NCBI RefSeq assembly: GCF_963853765.1
Contig: NC_088853.1
Coordinates: 39,060,001 to 39,124,000 of the forward strand
Source: Magallana gigas
Taxonomy: Eukaryota
DNA length: 64,000 nt
Direction: 5' to 3'
Shown: positions 20,454-35,251 of the stretch, one piece after another
Numbering within the stretch: the first letter of the stretch is position 1
Layout of the letters: each line of letters starts with the position of its first letter
Program-made: the position numbers and the translations under genes
The notes under the pieces: generated by a model
Told to the model about the DNA's origin: nothing
What the model saw: only the letters and a program-made list of their open reading frames with translations
The model's database searches: none

Positions 20454-23400
20454 GCTTGCAGGCCTTCTAAATATATTCTATTGTTAAGAATACCGAAACT
20501 ATTACCCCTTTATCCCTTTAATTTTTATAGAGGAAGAAATAAATAATATTGCATCTTCTATCTAATAGTTCTAATTACATTTTTTTGACATATGACCTTA
20601 CGTGCGACATGTTACATGTAAATACGTTTGAATACGCTGAATCCACATGTACTGCATAAAGCTGGTAAATTGTTGCGTCTAAGTAACACATGAAAACGAC
20701 GTAAAATTAACGTCCACACAGATGAAATCTACTGCGCAAACTTATATATTTGCTGTGAGGAGAGCGGCGAACATCAAGAACTACATGTACATGTCGCTAT
20801 TTACAGAATCGTTTTGATTTTTCTGTTTACGCACTATATTTCCAATGTAAGCATTTTAAAAGCTAAGAAAATCAGCCAGTGGAATATAAATTTCATGTTA
20901 CAAGAGACTAGTACAGTACACAATCTATAAAAATACAAAAATATAAATACTGTCAATAATAATATGCAAATGTACCTATATATTTATAACTGTATGTGAG
21001 GAGACAAGTGTGTAGCAGTGTACACGTATACAATGGGACGGTGCGCAGTTTGTCTTAAAAAACTGACCGGTTTCATAATTTCTTTTAACTTCTCTAACAC
21101 GGATTGTCTAGTAATTCCTTCCCAGAATTCCAATTTATGCAATCGCATTTGAGGATTCTGGACAATTTAATGAATCAGCCCGCAGGCTGACTAATCATTA
21201 CGTAGCAGACATTGCAATGATGTACGTAAGCTCTGTACATTAGATTCACAATAGCCCGTGCAGTCATGTCCGTAAACCCCCGAAAATGGTTCCCCAACCA
21301 GTTCAAATGATTTATATTTCTGCTCATAAGGGACAGTTTTTCGATGCACCGGGAGAGAAGCCTAACGACAATAAAGCGCTGAGCTATGCTTAGCGCTTTA
21401 AAAAACTCACACACAAAAAACACAAAAAAACACAACAACAATTGAACAAAACAAAAACATACCAAACAAACAAACCAACCAACAAAGAACAGTTCTTAAA
21501 ACTAATGTGCAGGTAACTGCATATTTACCTACAGGATTTCGGGTCAGAATATATGATTTGACCTTATATGTATTCATAGCTGAGTTTGATCAAAACTGAT
21601 AATGATGATGGTAACCCAACACCAATTATTACTTGTATCTTACCATAATAGACAATATTTACTTTCACTTCTTTTCCCCAATTAAATTGCATTGACTAAT
21701 TTGAGAGATATTTACGCATAACAGAGAAGACCCAATAACCAAAAGTAGCTTCATCAAATTACATTATGAAAATATAATTGTGTTTTTAGAATAATATGTA
21801 GACCGTTGGACCGAGCGCAGATTTAACACAGTGCAGTTGGATTGTTGAAGAACAAACTTTATTTGGAACGCACACTGTAGGATCCGCCTAGTTGCCTACT
21901 CAAATCATTAGCCAAAGTTTAACTAAACGTTGCGTGCTCAGTTAACATCCTGACGTCATCATTCAAACGTAAAACATACACGTTTTGTCTTCGGAAATAG
22001 CCGAAGAGAGTAACGTTATTTTGAACTCTTTTTTTTATTTCTTCTTTCATTCTTTATCAATTTAATTCATATAAATGCTGCGGTAATAAAATTGAATACT
22101 TTATTCAGTATTTAAATTATCAGTTACTTGATGTTATTTTTCTTTTTCCATCTGATAATTTGATAAGACATACATACAATTAGTCGAGTTTTTTGATTGA
22201 AGCACTGTTGGCACTTATCTGGTGTCCTCTTTTATTTCTTTTAATTGAAATTACCTTCTATTGAAACACTGGAACATTTTAATCGATTTTAGGGGCAATA
22301 AACATCGATAAGTACCAGTCAATCAATGATCGAACTAACTTTTAAAAAACAAAATGGCTGCCAATATGGCGGCCCCCAGGGATGGAATAATTTTTTTTGG
22401 CCTCAGTACCCCTGATTCAACTTTCATTTTTCATTAATGTTCTTACATATATGTGTTACCATTGATCCTTGCTTTGCGAGGCGGGCTTTGCCTGCCTCTC
22501 GATGCGCTGGTTATAAAACGCTGTGCACTAGTTTTGTTAACATAATTCGACTGTTCCAATGGTTCTTCCATTAATTGTGCAATACTCGTTGAATAAGGCT
22601 GAAATTTTTTTTCTTAAATCATACTAGTGGAAGAGGAATACATGTTAAAAAAGTAAATATAAGCATTGTTATTGTTAGTGCGCATTATTATATTTGTCTA
22701 CACACACCGTTGCAAATATGAGACAACATCTTTCAAAAATACCGATTCGATGCTTAAATATGTAGCAACGTGTTGCCCTTATTTATTGTAAGTGTATTGT
22801 CAGTACACCAGATAAAAGAATAAGCCGAATGGTCTTCTATGGTAATTTGGGTCTGACATCCTCATGATTATTTCGTACAGTCCGAAATCTTCCTTTGGTC
22901 GCTATATCTTTTGACAAATCGATAAATGGGGTGTGTATAATTCAGTCTGGGTGTTTCTATAGAGCTAAAAATTGAGGGAATCACTTTCGGTAGATGTAAA
23001 TATATTACACCATTGCATTCATTCCATTTTATCATAGTCACTATACTACATCTCTGAATATGACTATTCATGTTGTTGTTTTTTTGTCAGACTAACAACA
23101 TTTTTTAATTAAATATATATTGTACATGTATTCAATTTTGAGCATAAGGAATAAAAAAATATTCTTTTATGAAAAGGAGAATTTTTTCTTACGAATTATA
23201 ATTAAAGATAGCACTTATTCTTTTCAATGCATATAGTTCATCCAGTGACCTCTTGTATTTTTTCAAACCGTATATAAATAGGTAAAATAACTCCAAAAAA
23301 TCATACCCCTCTCAAAAGTTTTTTTCGAAATATATTATAACTTTCTATTTAGGATTCAAGATAATTCAGACAAAATGTTTTGAGAGTTTTTTTTAATGCG

Positions 23401-26400
23401 TATGTTGAAAAGGCTTATACTTATAAAATGCACATTCTGTCCATGTTTTCAAAATCAAGGCAACATTGAGTCTATGTGCGTTTCTCTATTTAAAAAAAAA
23501 TACTTAAAGAGGGCGAATTACACGTTGCTAAAAAGTGTACTAGATTATCGTTTAATGATTATTTTAACTACACAATAAATAAAACACTTTGTTTTATATA
23601 CAGTGCCTCATAAAGAGACATTTATCAAAGACAAACATGACTTACATATATATCAAGAGATAAAAAAATACACACGAAAAATAATAAAATGAGTTTTATG
23701 AATTTATTGGCGATAATGGCCACAGCTGCTTGATATTAAAATGAAAACAGAATACAAGGTTAACCCTGGGACCAGCTGATCACCTGTAAACAATTTTACA
23801 CTATTCATTAATTCTTAAACATTTTATATAAACCCATAATAAGTTCATGTGGGTTTTTTTTTTATTTCTTTTAGAAGGAACAAATAAGAAACAAATGTGT
23901 TTGTTAGTTGTGTGTTTGGATTGTGTACATGTTTTGAGATTTGAGAGGCTCTCGAAATTGACACTTCAAAATGTTCAAGGGTCTGCAATTAATTATCTTG
24001 TTAAACTTGGTATTGTTATTGTCTGGTTGTAAGTGTACTTCATAAAATTAATTTAATTGGTTTTAAAAAAGTACTTGACTTAAACAGTGTATTATATTTT
24101 GCTATATTTGGAGGGAAATGCCAATTAATTTCAAACTTTGACTCATTAAACAATTGTTTTAAGGAAATGAGCATTTATTTGTAATATGTAGTTATAAGTT
24201 GGCATATAAACTCTCTAAATGTTTTTGAAGAGTCCTAGAACTTTGAGTCTTAATTAAGATTTGGTACAATTTGTTTAAAAGACGCACATTAAAAATGGGC
24301 ACTAATAAATAACGAAGTAAACCTAGTGAATACATGTATATCATATTAAAGGTATGAAATGGGTATATTCAAGAGTATCATCATCCACAAAACACATTAA
24401 ATATCGAACAACCCTAGTATTGCAAAAAAGCATGTCCAATAACTTCATTTCATTTTATTAAAAAAAAAAAGAAAAAAGAAAACAAACAAAAAAGAAAAAA
24501 ATACGTTACTCTATAATTTAGCATCTAGTTATAAAAGTAATGAACATATTAAAGTTGTTCATCGACTGTTATCCTGTCAAATTTAGTCATACATACATTG
24601 TCACAACTTTGTTTCCATCGTTTCTTTTAAAATCAAAGTTTTTTTTAGCTTCTGATAAAAAAATGTCAACTCATCGTAAGAGCCTCGACCTTATCATTTC
24701 TTTAAGTAATATATATCCTAAATGTGTTTTCCACTGTTGTACATGTAACAAGACTGAAGTAGTTTCTTATCAAAGTTTTAACTTGTTGAGCCTGTAGATC
24801 TCTTACACATTAATAAGCCAGTTGATTATCTACTCAACATTGCCTGACTGTATTTAAATTAACATATTTTGGATGTATAATCCATTCATTTAGTAATATT
24901 TTTTTTTTAACATGAATAAAACTTACCAAAATATGAATTGCATTAAATAAATTCATTGATAAGCAATAACGAGATACAATGCTGTAAAATGTGACATGAA
25001 TAGAATAAACCTATGTCATGGTGTTGTCGTTTAACTTATACACCTTATATAAACAAATCGACATATTTGTATATATGTACATTCATTATCAAAAAAAAAA
25101 AAAACAACAATCACAGAGACAATGAAAATACAATGTAATATTATGACATATCACTTTAATGTATATCATAAACAATATTCATTTCATATCTACAAGTTAA
25201 TTATTAATATGTACAATATCCATCTATTTTTTTTTAAGGAAGGAGCATGTTTCTGCAAGTCCACCAGACTGATTGTGAATTTCGATTTATTGACATCTAC
25301 AAGTATTTAAGTAAATCATCTTAAGGTTTTGAAAATAAAAACAATTTCCTTAAATTTGTTTTTTTTTAAATACATGCAAACGCTTTCATAATTGTTTCCC
25401 TGTTAGATCCACTGTCTAAATATCTTTATATTTCACATATTTTTTAATTCAATCAAAAAAATGTTTTTTTTCTATAAAGATAAAGATGTAGAATAGATAA
25501 TGTGTGGATTTAAAAAAAAATGTGGAACACCATCCATCAATTGTTCCTAGGAGTAAGCATTCGTAAAACCATGCAGCTGCTTGATCAAGACTTGTTGAAT
25601 TTCAAAAGAGATCACAGATCATTTTTAATACATGCATCGTGTGTTAATTGCGTGGACCCTGAGGTCCACGCAGAAAATATATAAGCGACGTTAAACCGGA
25701 TGCTATGGAGAAAATTTAGCCTGCGCATGAGTTAGCCTGGTTCCTGTGCGAAATGGGTAGCTCAGGGAACCAGGTTAGCATACGTTTATCTGAATCGGGA
25801 TCGGGATTCCGTGCCATATGCACACATAAGTTCAAATGCACTGTAATTGTAAAGTTGTCAGTTAACAGTACAGAAACAAAGTATTCCTTTAAAAAAATGA
25901 TTGGCATGTGATATGAATTATCAGTATTATGAAATAAGTTAATGTTATGCCGAAACTACAACATGCATCAAATAGCATAATTTGCAATGTTTTGTTGTTT
26001 TCCGAATACACATGTAGCTTAACTGTACTTTAATAGTAGGCGGGGACTATAGAGAACTTCCCGATTAATTTTTCTTAAGCATTTAAGTATGATTGAATAA
26101 TTATGTCACTGTATAAAAGTTTAAATCTCAAGAAAAATGCATCAAAATATGAAAGTTTTAATTTACAAAAAGCTGTCACTGCATAGAGTTAACAAAGTAG
26201 TGCGAATCGTAATGTGTGCGTAAATAGTAGAATTCACCGAATGCCTGATACTATACATACAAATTTCATTCATAGATAGATCATAATTATTTGAGAAGTA
26301 TGAACCCTTTAAATTCTGAGATAAAAAGTTAGGGCTATACATACATGTATACATAATACAACGTACAAATTTAGTGGTTTAAAGCAGAGGGCTAGAGTCG

Positions 26401-29200
26401 GTGGAATCTCTGATAATCTTAAGGCTTTCACGTTTTCATTGAAAATACATGCAAATCCTTTTTTAAAGGACAGCAACTTGTTGTTTCCTTAAATGTCCTT
26501 AGATCAACGCAGTATTTGGATATATCGTCAGTATGATTCTTTCTGCTCGGAGGATTTTTAAACCAGTCTTCCTCGGGTTTCGTTGAGGAATTGTGACTCT
26601 GGTCTTTCTATCTGCTTTGGACCTTTGTAAAAAATATCATTAGAATAATACCAATCGTACACTAATTAAACAACAGAACAAAATACCCACATATACACTT
26701 AAAAACTACACAATTTACATGTATATCAATTTCAACACAAAAGTGCCATATCATTTGCTAATTGCATTGCTTTTTTTCTATGTATATTATGTATAATTTT
26801 CAGTTTTTAAGGAAACTTACTATGAAATTCCTCTCGTTTTCTTTATATTGTAAGTTCTTCTGAGCATTCCTTTAAGCAACGTTTACATATTCTAATATGT
26901 ATAAGACACATGGTCTCCCTGTAAGCAAATTGCAAATTGTAAGTGAGGTAAGGAATACGAAATGATTGCTGTTCATATAACTATGTTAGATTAAATCGTG
27001 ATAATTGTTTTTAATTCTTGTTCATAATATATTACTATTAATAATAAAATCAGATGATTTCAATTTTTAACATAGGCAATTACCATCCGAATACAAGACT
27101 TTTTAGACCTATTCAATTGTTCAAATTGTTTTAATATCGATGCAGATATTTTCTTCATGTTCAGCTCACCAAGCGTATTTGAGAACATACATACTTTTTT
27201 TTTTAATTTTCAAGAGAGGAAACAAAACCTGGAAAAAGAAATTGATTAATATAAATGTAGAAAGCTATTTTTTATAAGTGCCACATTAAATCATTCAAAT
27301 ACCTACCATTGTCAGCAAAGTCATCAGAAAAAAAAATAGATAACACTAATTTTAAGAATATATCGTTTTCGTTAAAACAATAATACAGTTGTATTCAAAC
27401 ATTATATTACAAACATCAATACTTTACTTTGATGAATACACATGCAAATATTTATAAAAACTTAAATTTGTTACTATGAACTTCTGCATCTAAAATTGAT
27501 TTAATTTTTCTTTAAAAGTTAATTTCGACAAACCTTCCGGGCGTTGCGTTTATCTGAAACAAGATATATCATTTAAGCCATTGTAAATAATACTGGTAAA
27601 TTGAAGTAAAAACAAAATGATATCAACGTCAAAGAAAGATATTCTTAAACATCAACAAGTCACACTTGATATCATATTATATATATAATCTAACTCTCCA
27701 TTATATACAAAACATATCAACTTTGGTTTCGTTTTCTTACTTTTGACAACATACGTTTCAGTCGTAGACAGTACAGTGCGCAGAATGGTATTTGTTTACG
27801 GGTACCATTCATAATCCTCTTTAATCATCAAGATATGATACCTTTGCTTCCCAAGTATCACTTTATTTGATCATGCTTAGAAAAAAAAAACACTTACCAT
27901 ACATCTCCAAAAACAGCCATCATTACAATGATATCAGCTTATCTGTTGTTAATTGTTACATTGCGCATTACATGCACCATTCGCGGTTTTCTTCTATTTT
28001 TTATATTTGAGTTGTCACGAAATATACAGTACGGTTTGCAAAAACATCTTAAAATAATAAAAACCGTAAGTTAAATTGATTCGTGTATCAGCGACATAAA
28101 GTAAGATCGGATTAGAGATTGTAAACATTTATGTACAGCATATATGTACTTACCTGCTTTGAGGACAAAAGCAAGTTTATATTTCCCCAACACAGAAACT
28201 CATTCATCTGGCGACGTTGCGAAGAATTATTGCTATCGAGGGGAACATTAACTTTCTATTGTCCGAATAGTCAGAAAATATATTGTTTTTTATTATGAAG
28301 AAAACTGTATTTGTAATCAATTAATGTTTTTATGTTTAACAAATTAGAGTAATCGAACTTTGAATTTAATTTGGCAACTTGAATTACACCATGCATGTTC
28401 CTATATAAAAATCGAGAGAAATCAATTCTATAGGCGTAAAGTTTCGATTATTATACACCATGGGTATTGAAACTTTTTCATGATTATATCGAGTAGCAGT
28501 TTTTCCCTCGTAATTTTACATAAAGAACATTCACAAAAAATGAATTGAATATTAATAAGTCAAATTACTTAACCCTGTAATACAAGAAGTATTGATAAAT
28601 TGTTGAAATTTAACATAAAAAAACACAGTATATATCGTTATAATCAAAATACGATAAAACAAATTGTGTGCAACTTACGTTGTTTGAATTTATTTTGTTT
28701 TAGTGACCTTAATAAAGGTATATTACTCAAAACAAACACTGTAGATATCTGGTAAATTTCCGTTTTATTGGACTTACCTTGATTTCTTTTCACTGTCTCT
28801 TCATTTTTTATTGACAATTTCAAATTTACATCAGTATTAACAATGCAGTGTAAAACATATGAATAATCTATTTAAATATCCATCTATGCTTAATTTCAGA
28901 GATGGTCTATGTACTCACGTACGTTACACAATTCTCCTTGATACATATAACCTTTTATAACATTAGTTAAGCATGTTCCATTGATACGGAAGAACTGGCT
29001 TATTACGTTACTACAATGTATGTTTGCCACAAGTAAAACGTAAACATGTTTATGTTATCAGTACTTCATTTTAATCGCATCGTGTAATTAAAAAAAATTG
29101 TTTTTACCAACTTTTTTTTTTCAGTATCATTTTTTAAGATATTCTTTTTTATAATAATAAGTAGCTAGTTTCGTCTTTGCCTTTGTGTTTGTATACTCAC

Positions 29201-29338
29201 GTGATTTACATAAGTCCCTTTCATAACCATCATCACATCCAGTCAAGCAAGAGCCATTAACATTGGAGCATTGTTTTACATCACGACAGTGTCCGCATGT
29301 TTCATTGCATTCAATACCATACGATCCTTTGTTACATT
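29201..29338 (-). CDS. Host gene A EGF-like exon (last confidently located exon)
   Basis: 138 nt, AG/GT, phase 1-1; CNKGSYGIECNETCGHCRDVKQCSNVNGSCLTGCDDGYERDLCKS. Confidence 0.9.
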
Positions 29339-31093
29339 CTTAAACAGTAAAAAGGTATATAAAGATATTAATTGTACAAAATGTAATATTGTTTGTACAA
29401 TGCATGGTGGCGCAAAAACAGTATTTTTGCTTTAATATGATGTAACGCTTGCAATGTTCACCATGTACTATGTGATTTGTAAGCCTTGATATGAACTTGT
29501 AGTGATATGCTATGAAAAATTCTATGATAAATCGAATTAAATGCTCAACGACATTTATGCTATTGTATGCAACCACATTAAACCAAAAAACACATTAGCA
29601 TACAGCAGTTTTGATCATATTCAAGTAAGTCATAAAATGAATTAACAATAATTTGAAATTCAAATAACATTATTTTTTGAAACACTACCAATAGAAAAAA
29701 AGTTTATCTATATTGTTACTGATACGTGAAAGGTGTTTTAATACGAATGTTTTCTTCCATTTCTCTCTGTATTGAATTATACCCATAAGTAATTATTGTA
29801 AAAAATCTTGAAATTTTGAAAACCCAGACTGTTAAAGCAAAACAATGCGAGTAAGGTGGTAAACATGTTTCGGTGGATCAACCTTAATTGACGATGGGGG
29901 AGGGGGAGGGGGGGGGGGGTTGTAAAATACTGTATACTTGCAATGAAATGATGTTGAATAATAAGATAAATAGGTAATATATCAAGCAGTAATATTTTTA
30001 GATTATTCATAAAATTGAGGATTTAACCAACTTTTAGAAAATAAAAAAGCTCGTTTTCTTCTTTAATTTTTTTTTTGATTTTTTTTTTAAAGTGAACCAT
30101 GAACATCAGATTGCGTTGACAGCTAAACTGTGTATATGATATTTATATGAATAAATGATAAACGCATCAATGGTTACATTGCCTCCTGACGTTGCCTCCT
30201 GAGAAGCGGGAATGAGGGAAGGCTTGTATTCTATTTACATATAGGAACATATTAAGGACAGTGTTAATTAGGAAGTGAATGCTCATGTTTTGATGTCGTC
30301 GGTTCTTTGACACACCAAGCGGTGCATACCAATTGGTGCGAGTTAGCGTGGTATGATAATATGTCTGCATCGCTTGGTGTGTCATATGACCGACGACATA
30401 AAAAAATAAGCATTCAATGCTTATATTTATATTTTATTACTGATGTCTACATGAAGTATTGTGTATCGCCGCTATAAAGCCATTATTTACGCTCTTGGTC
30501 AGGGATATGAAAAATACATGGACCAACCATATAAACATGTTATTTAGAAAGCTTCCGCTACAAAAACAATGTGCCAGAAACTTTGTGGAGAAAAATATTT
30601 TTAATTAGGGAGTAGGTATATATTAATGTTTGTTTTTCAAAAGTACATATGAAATAGGTAATTTTTTATTGAAAACTTCATTTAATCTGATTAGAAACGT
30701 ATAGCTAAATTTGTACTCACGTATTTATATACATATATTTAAAAAAGATGTAATTTCGACCAAATGTTCTTAATTAAAATTGAAATGAATACAACTTTGA
30801 CCCTTCTGGCATTGGATACTTTCAATGTATATTTATCAACATTGCTTTAATAATTCTCATTTCTACCTTAGCTTGCACAAAGTAAATTTCCCTTAGAACC
30901 ATGCTAGGTTTGCGCTTTTAAGTACTTTCAGTACTTTGATTTCATATAACAAAGAAGTTTGTACATGTAGCCTAATTGAACCGTTAGCTCTCTGATTGTA
31001 GCCATGGATACAACCAAGTTCATACAAACCTTTTGCATCACGATATTTGTTAATTCATCATTGAATTTCTTATTACACTTATTTCCAAAATAC

Positions 31094-31234
31094 GTATTTT
31101 ACAATCATATCTATGATGACCTTTTTCATAAACAGTTAAGTATTTTCAATTTGTCTCAAAGCATTGGTCAATATCACGACAGTTTCCACAATTTTCTGTG
31201 TGTAATCAACGCCCTATGACATGTTGTCACCACC
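31094..31234 (-). pseudogene. Dead EGF-like exon copy
   Basis: Retains CGNCRDIDQCF but has TAG and TGA stops, lost cysteines and an indel. Confidence 0.7.
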
Positions 31235-31392
31235 GTAATTATTCAAAAACAATCAGCATGAAAAAAAAAAAAACTGATCAACATCAGTGATTTATACTAT
31301 GGACACATATACATTTCGATGTTATGAATCGCATGATTATTAAGATCGCGATGTTCGAAATAAAAAAACATTTGTCTCAATAGCATACTCAC

Positions 31393-31530
31393 GTGTTGTA
31401 CACAAGTCCCCTTCAAAACCAGCAGCACATCCTATTATGCATATTCCGTCGATATTGGAGCATTGATTCACATCACGGCAGTGTCCACATGTTTCATTAC
31501 ATCCATTACCATACGATCCTCTGTCACATT
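31393..31530 (-). CDS. Host gene A EGF-like exon
   Basis: 138 nt, AG/GT, phase 1-1; CDRGSYGNGCNETCGHCRDVNQCSNIDGICIIGCAAGFEGDLCTT. Confidence 0.9.
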
Positions 31531-33484
31531 CTACAATGATTAGAAATAATAGTTGTATATTATCCCAGATACCTGATAAATAACATAAAAACCAAGTTAT
31601 CTGAGAATAGTTTATTTGGCGCTTCTGGCCACCGTGAAATTATGGAGGCTACCGCAACAAAAGCAAGCAATCAAAAAGCAAAGCAACAAGCATTGCTCGG
31701 AATAATAAGAAATAAATAAAATTAGCATAAATAGTAAATACTTAACGGGTAAAATGAACGATTTTTGATTACTGTTGCATTCTGTTCTGACTATCATACC
31801 CTCGCGTGATTTAAGCTGAACATAAATAAAATCCATGTAAATAAATTTAATCGATCAACAATCTTCATAAATTTAGACCATCCATATATATTACTTCTGG
31901 CAGCTTACCCCATTACACAATATGAGTTGAATGCTTTGTTATCTCAGCCATAAAAATCAAGATTATGTAAAAAATTATTTTAGCAAATTTACTACGTCTT
32001 ACCTAATCCACGACTGTTTTAGAAAAGGGATTATTCTAGAAGGGAAGTAACTAATATTAAAACACCCGTTAAAACCCAACCTGATCATACTCAAAATTTC
32101 CGGCTAATAGTTACTGAGATAAATGCGCATATCTGAGACAAGCTTCAATATTATTTTAATGTACACGTACATAACAATAACTATATCCACGCTTAACCTT
32201 CATCTGTGTTTGTCCTTATCATTTATCTTTCAAGAAGTAATCATGTACTATGCACAACAATGTGTGCTGTAACAAAACATGTGCATTTGTGCAGCTGCAT
32301 TAACGCAGGTTATTTATGTAACGGATTTTATAATTAATATTACAGTTATTGTGGTGGATCGCATTCCGTTTCCATGCAATCCGTTTATATCAGTTTATTT
32401 TGTCGAAATTGTCATGAAATGTTTTCCGTATTAACCTTTGGCGCTATATTCTAGCTTCGCACATTTTCCTATGTTCCAATGCATTCTGTCTTTCTACTCT
32501 TGCCAAAACTTAAAGTCATTACCAGTGTAAGTAAACATATATGTATTTTGTACATTATTTCTTTCAAAATTCGGTATTACCATGATTTCTTTAAACCTTT
32601 CGGTATATAACGGTGTAATGTTTACATTTTTTTGGTTCACTTGACCTACATTGTCAACCTATACCTGTATCATAATGTTTACATAGTTTTTGCATTTGTA
32701 CTTTATTCTAAGTCTGTGTTTTGTCTTGTTTGCAGCTTTTACGATATTAAATCGTTATTTATCTTTAAAAAAAAAAAATGATAATCATTGTCACGTACTA
32801 ATAAATATTCAATGCTAATTTATTGTAAATAGATAAACATGCTTTTTGATTTGGGTTGGGATATTTATTGTTTATTTTGGGGTTTATATTCTAAACATTA
32901 TCAATTATTCTAGGACAGCATCTATATTAAAACAGTGTTATTGCTTTTGAAAAAAACCCACAAAAAAACGACTCATTTGGTTCATCTTAAACAGAAATGG
33001 TTTGATAGAATGTGTTGTCATTCCTGCTATCTCTAATATTCAATACTGAGTGCGCGATCATCCCTGCTTAATTATATAGCATCAATACAAGAGTGCGGCT
33101 ATTCCTGCTTGTTTTGGTGGTGGCTGCAGCGGAGTACTAATGAGTGTGTGATCATCCTTGCTGGTGGTCTTACCATTGCGTCGCAAATAATGTTTCCGTT
33201 GTTGGCGAAAGTGTGCGATATTGTGTGCTTGCTTAAACGCTGATACCTGTTGAGTTGCGCATGCTGCAGGCATCACTGGTTGCATTACATACAGTCCATA
33301 TATAGGTGCAGGCACGCTGAATAGGTATGCATTTTTACATATTGGCAACAATCAGAGCTATTCAAGTCTATCTCGAGTAGGGGCTTGTGGGGGAACACAT
33401 GCAGCGACCCTCTTACACGTTATACAAAAGTATACAGTTTTATCTGATAAAGACAGCAATGACTCTACAAAGAATATGTAACCA

Positions 33485-34155
33485 TTTTTGGGAGTTGATT
33501 TTAATCAACTCTCATATTATGCAGTTACTCGGACAAACCGAAAGTGAAACAGTGTTTGGACCTCAGCACAAATCATTGCTGCTGACAAGACTTAGTTTTT
33601 GAATTTTTTTTTGATAAATTCGATGTAATGTATGCTAAAGCATTGTTTTTCAAGGGAACTTATTTATGAATACCTTGAATATAGTCAGATTTTAAATGGT
33701 ACGAACAATTTAGATATTTTTTGTAGTCGTATGTATTCCTACGCCAGAGTTCAATACAGTCTCGTTCAATTCGACGCTCGGCTGGTTCCGTAAATCTCCG
33801 ACAAGCAGAGAGTCTCTCTTGCTTGTCGGAGATTTACGGTGTCAGCCGAGCGTTTGGTTGAACGAGACTAGAGTTCAATATTGCTTGGATCCATACAATT
33901 TTCGAGAAATATTTTTATTACTGATACATAGTTTGATTGAATTAATTTTATCTTCAAATATTATTTAACATGATTCATATGGGAATTTCTCGACATTCTT
34001 GTCGAAAAAGTCCAAAAATTCATATTATAAAAATGTGCGGAACTTAAATACAAATTAGAAACTACATGTACTTGTCATGCAAAATAACATATCATTGATT
34101 TTAAAATAAATAAACATCGACAAAATCAACTCCCGTCAGTTCTTCAGTACTTTAA
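33485..34155 (+). mobile_element. Non-autonomous Helentron-like (HINE) element with a nested palindromic MITE
   Basis: Subterminal inverted repeats GGGAGTTGATTTT (33490-33502) and AAAATCAACTCCC (34122-34134); 5' hairpin GAGTTGATT-TT-AATCAACTC; inverted copy at 41915-42578; absent from duplication copy B. Confidence 0.7.
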
Positions 34156-34246
34156 TATAATATTACAAGTACACTATAAATTTACTTGGTTATTAATCCA
34201 CTACAATGCATGCTTACATATGTGAAACATATTTACAAGCACTCAC

Positions 34247-34384
34247 GTGTTTTACACAAGTCTCCCTGATATCCACCCTCACTACCAGTTAAGCATGTTC
34301 CATTTGTATAAAAGCATTGGTCGATTTCACGACAGTTTCCACATTTCTCTTTGCAATCAAAGCCGTATGAACCGTTGTCGCAAC
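34247..34384 (-). CDS. Host gene A EGF-like exon (one Cys to Ser)
   Basis: 138 nt, AG/GT, phase 1-1; CDNGSYGFDCKEKCGNCREIDQCFYTNGTCLTGSEGGYQGDLCKT. Confidence 0.88.
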
Positions 34385-34803
34385 CTAAATTTTGAAAAAT
34401 TATTCGGTTGAAAAATGATCATTGTATGTGATACACAAACATAAATACATGCTGATATTTTGAAAAAAATGATAAGATATTTGATTGGACTACCATTACA
34501 TATATTTTAGACATTTTAAGACGCACATAACACACGTTTAAAATGTCATGATTATTATATGTAATACAGAGAAATCGAAGATATATTCAGTTAGAAAAAT
34601 TTATATTGATATTTTATGACTGAAGTTTTTAAAATTTAAACCAGAGATAAAGTTAAAATCGACATGTTTCTTAGTAAAATATGACATCATGCTGTTTATT
34701 GTGACGTCATATCGATGAGAGGAATTTTTACTCAATCGATCGCTGAGATTTGCCTTTTCATACCCGCGTACACTTATTTCCAAAATGCAGTTTCAAATTG
34801 TAC

Positions 34804-34944
34804 GTATTTTACAATCATCTCTTTGATAATCTTTATAATAAACAGTTAAGAATTTTTAATTTGTGTCAAAACATTGGTCAATATCAATACAGTTTCCATA
34901 GTTTTTTGTGTGAATTCAAAGCCCAATGACATGTTTTCACCACC
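34804..34944 (-). pseudogene. Dead EGF-like exon copy
   Basis: Duplicate of 31094-31234 with further decay. Confidence 0.65.
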
Positions 34945-35113
34945 TTAATTATTAAAAAATAATCAGCCTGAAAAACTTGATCAACATACGTGATATATAC
35001 TATATACACATATACGTTTTCATGTGTTGAATAGCATGACTATTAAATCGCAGTCTTCGAAAAAAAAAAACCCAGAGCGATCTCAACATTTGTCTCAGTA
35101 TCTGCATACTTAC

Positions 35114-35251
35114 GTGTTGTACACAAGTCACCTTCAAAACCAGCCGCACATCCTGTTATGCATGTTCCATTGATATGGGAACATTGGTTTACATCACGAC
35201 AGTGTCCACATGTTTCATTACATTCAATACCATACGATCCTCTGTCACATT
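35114..35251 (-). CDS. Host gene A EGF-like exon
   Basis: 138 nt, AG/GT, phase 1-1; CDRGSYGIECNETCGHCRDVNQCSHINGTCITGCAAGFEGDLCTT. Confidence 0.9.

Larger units (their letters stand above)
31075..34548. repeat. Segmental tandem duplication, copy A (partner 34771-36880)
   Basis: Colinear similarity across the pseudo-exon, two EGF exons and the intervening intron; copy A has extra segments at 31564-32147 and ~33480-34160. Confidence 0.85.

Noticed and set aside
22478-22531. GC hairpin GAGGCGGGC-TTT-GCCTGCCTC followed by CTAGT, like a Helitron 3' end
   Set aside because: Spacing to CTAG is longer than typical, and no 5' end or second copy was found.
25650-25671. Perfect hairpin GCGTGGACC-CTGA-GGTCCACGC near a TATATAAG
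   Set aside because: Single short occurrence with no supporting context.
26480-28830. Candidate transmembrane/cytoplasmic exons of gene A (donor-like sites after 28154, 27898 and ~28778)
   Set aside because: No combination gave a clear acceptor, a compatible phase and a convincing hydrophobic helix; the 3' end of gene A is left unannotated.
33082-33351. ORF-like, less AT-rich segment conserved in both duplication copies (also ~36100-36400)
   Set aside because: Frames are not conserved between the copies and no domain is recognisable; similarity is explained by the duplication.
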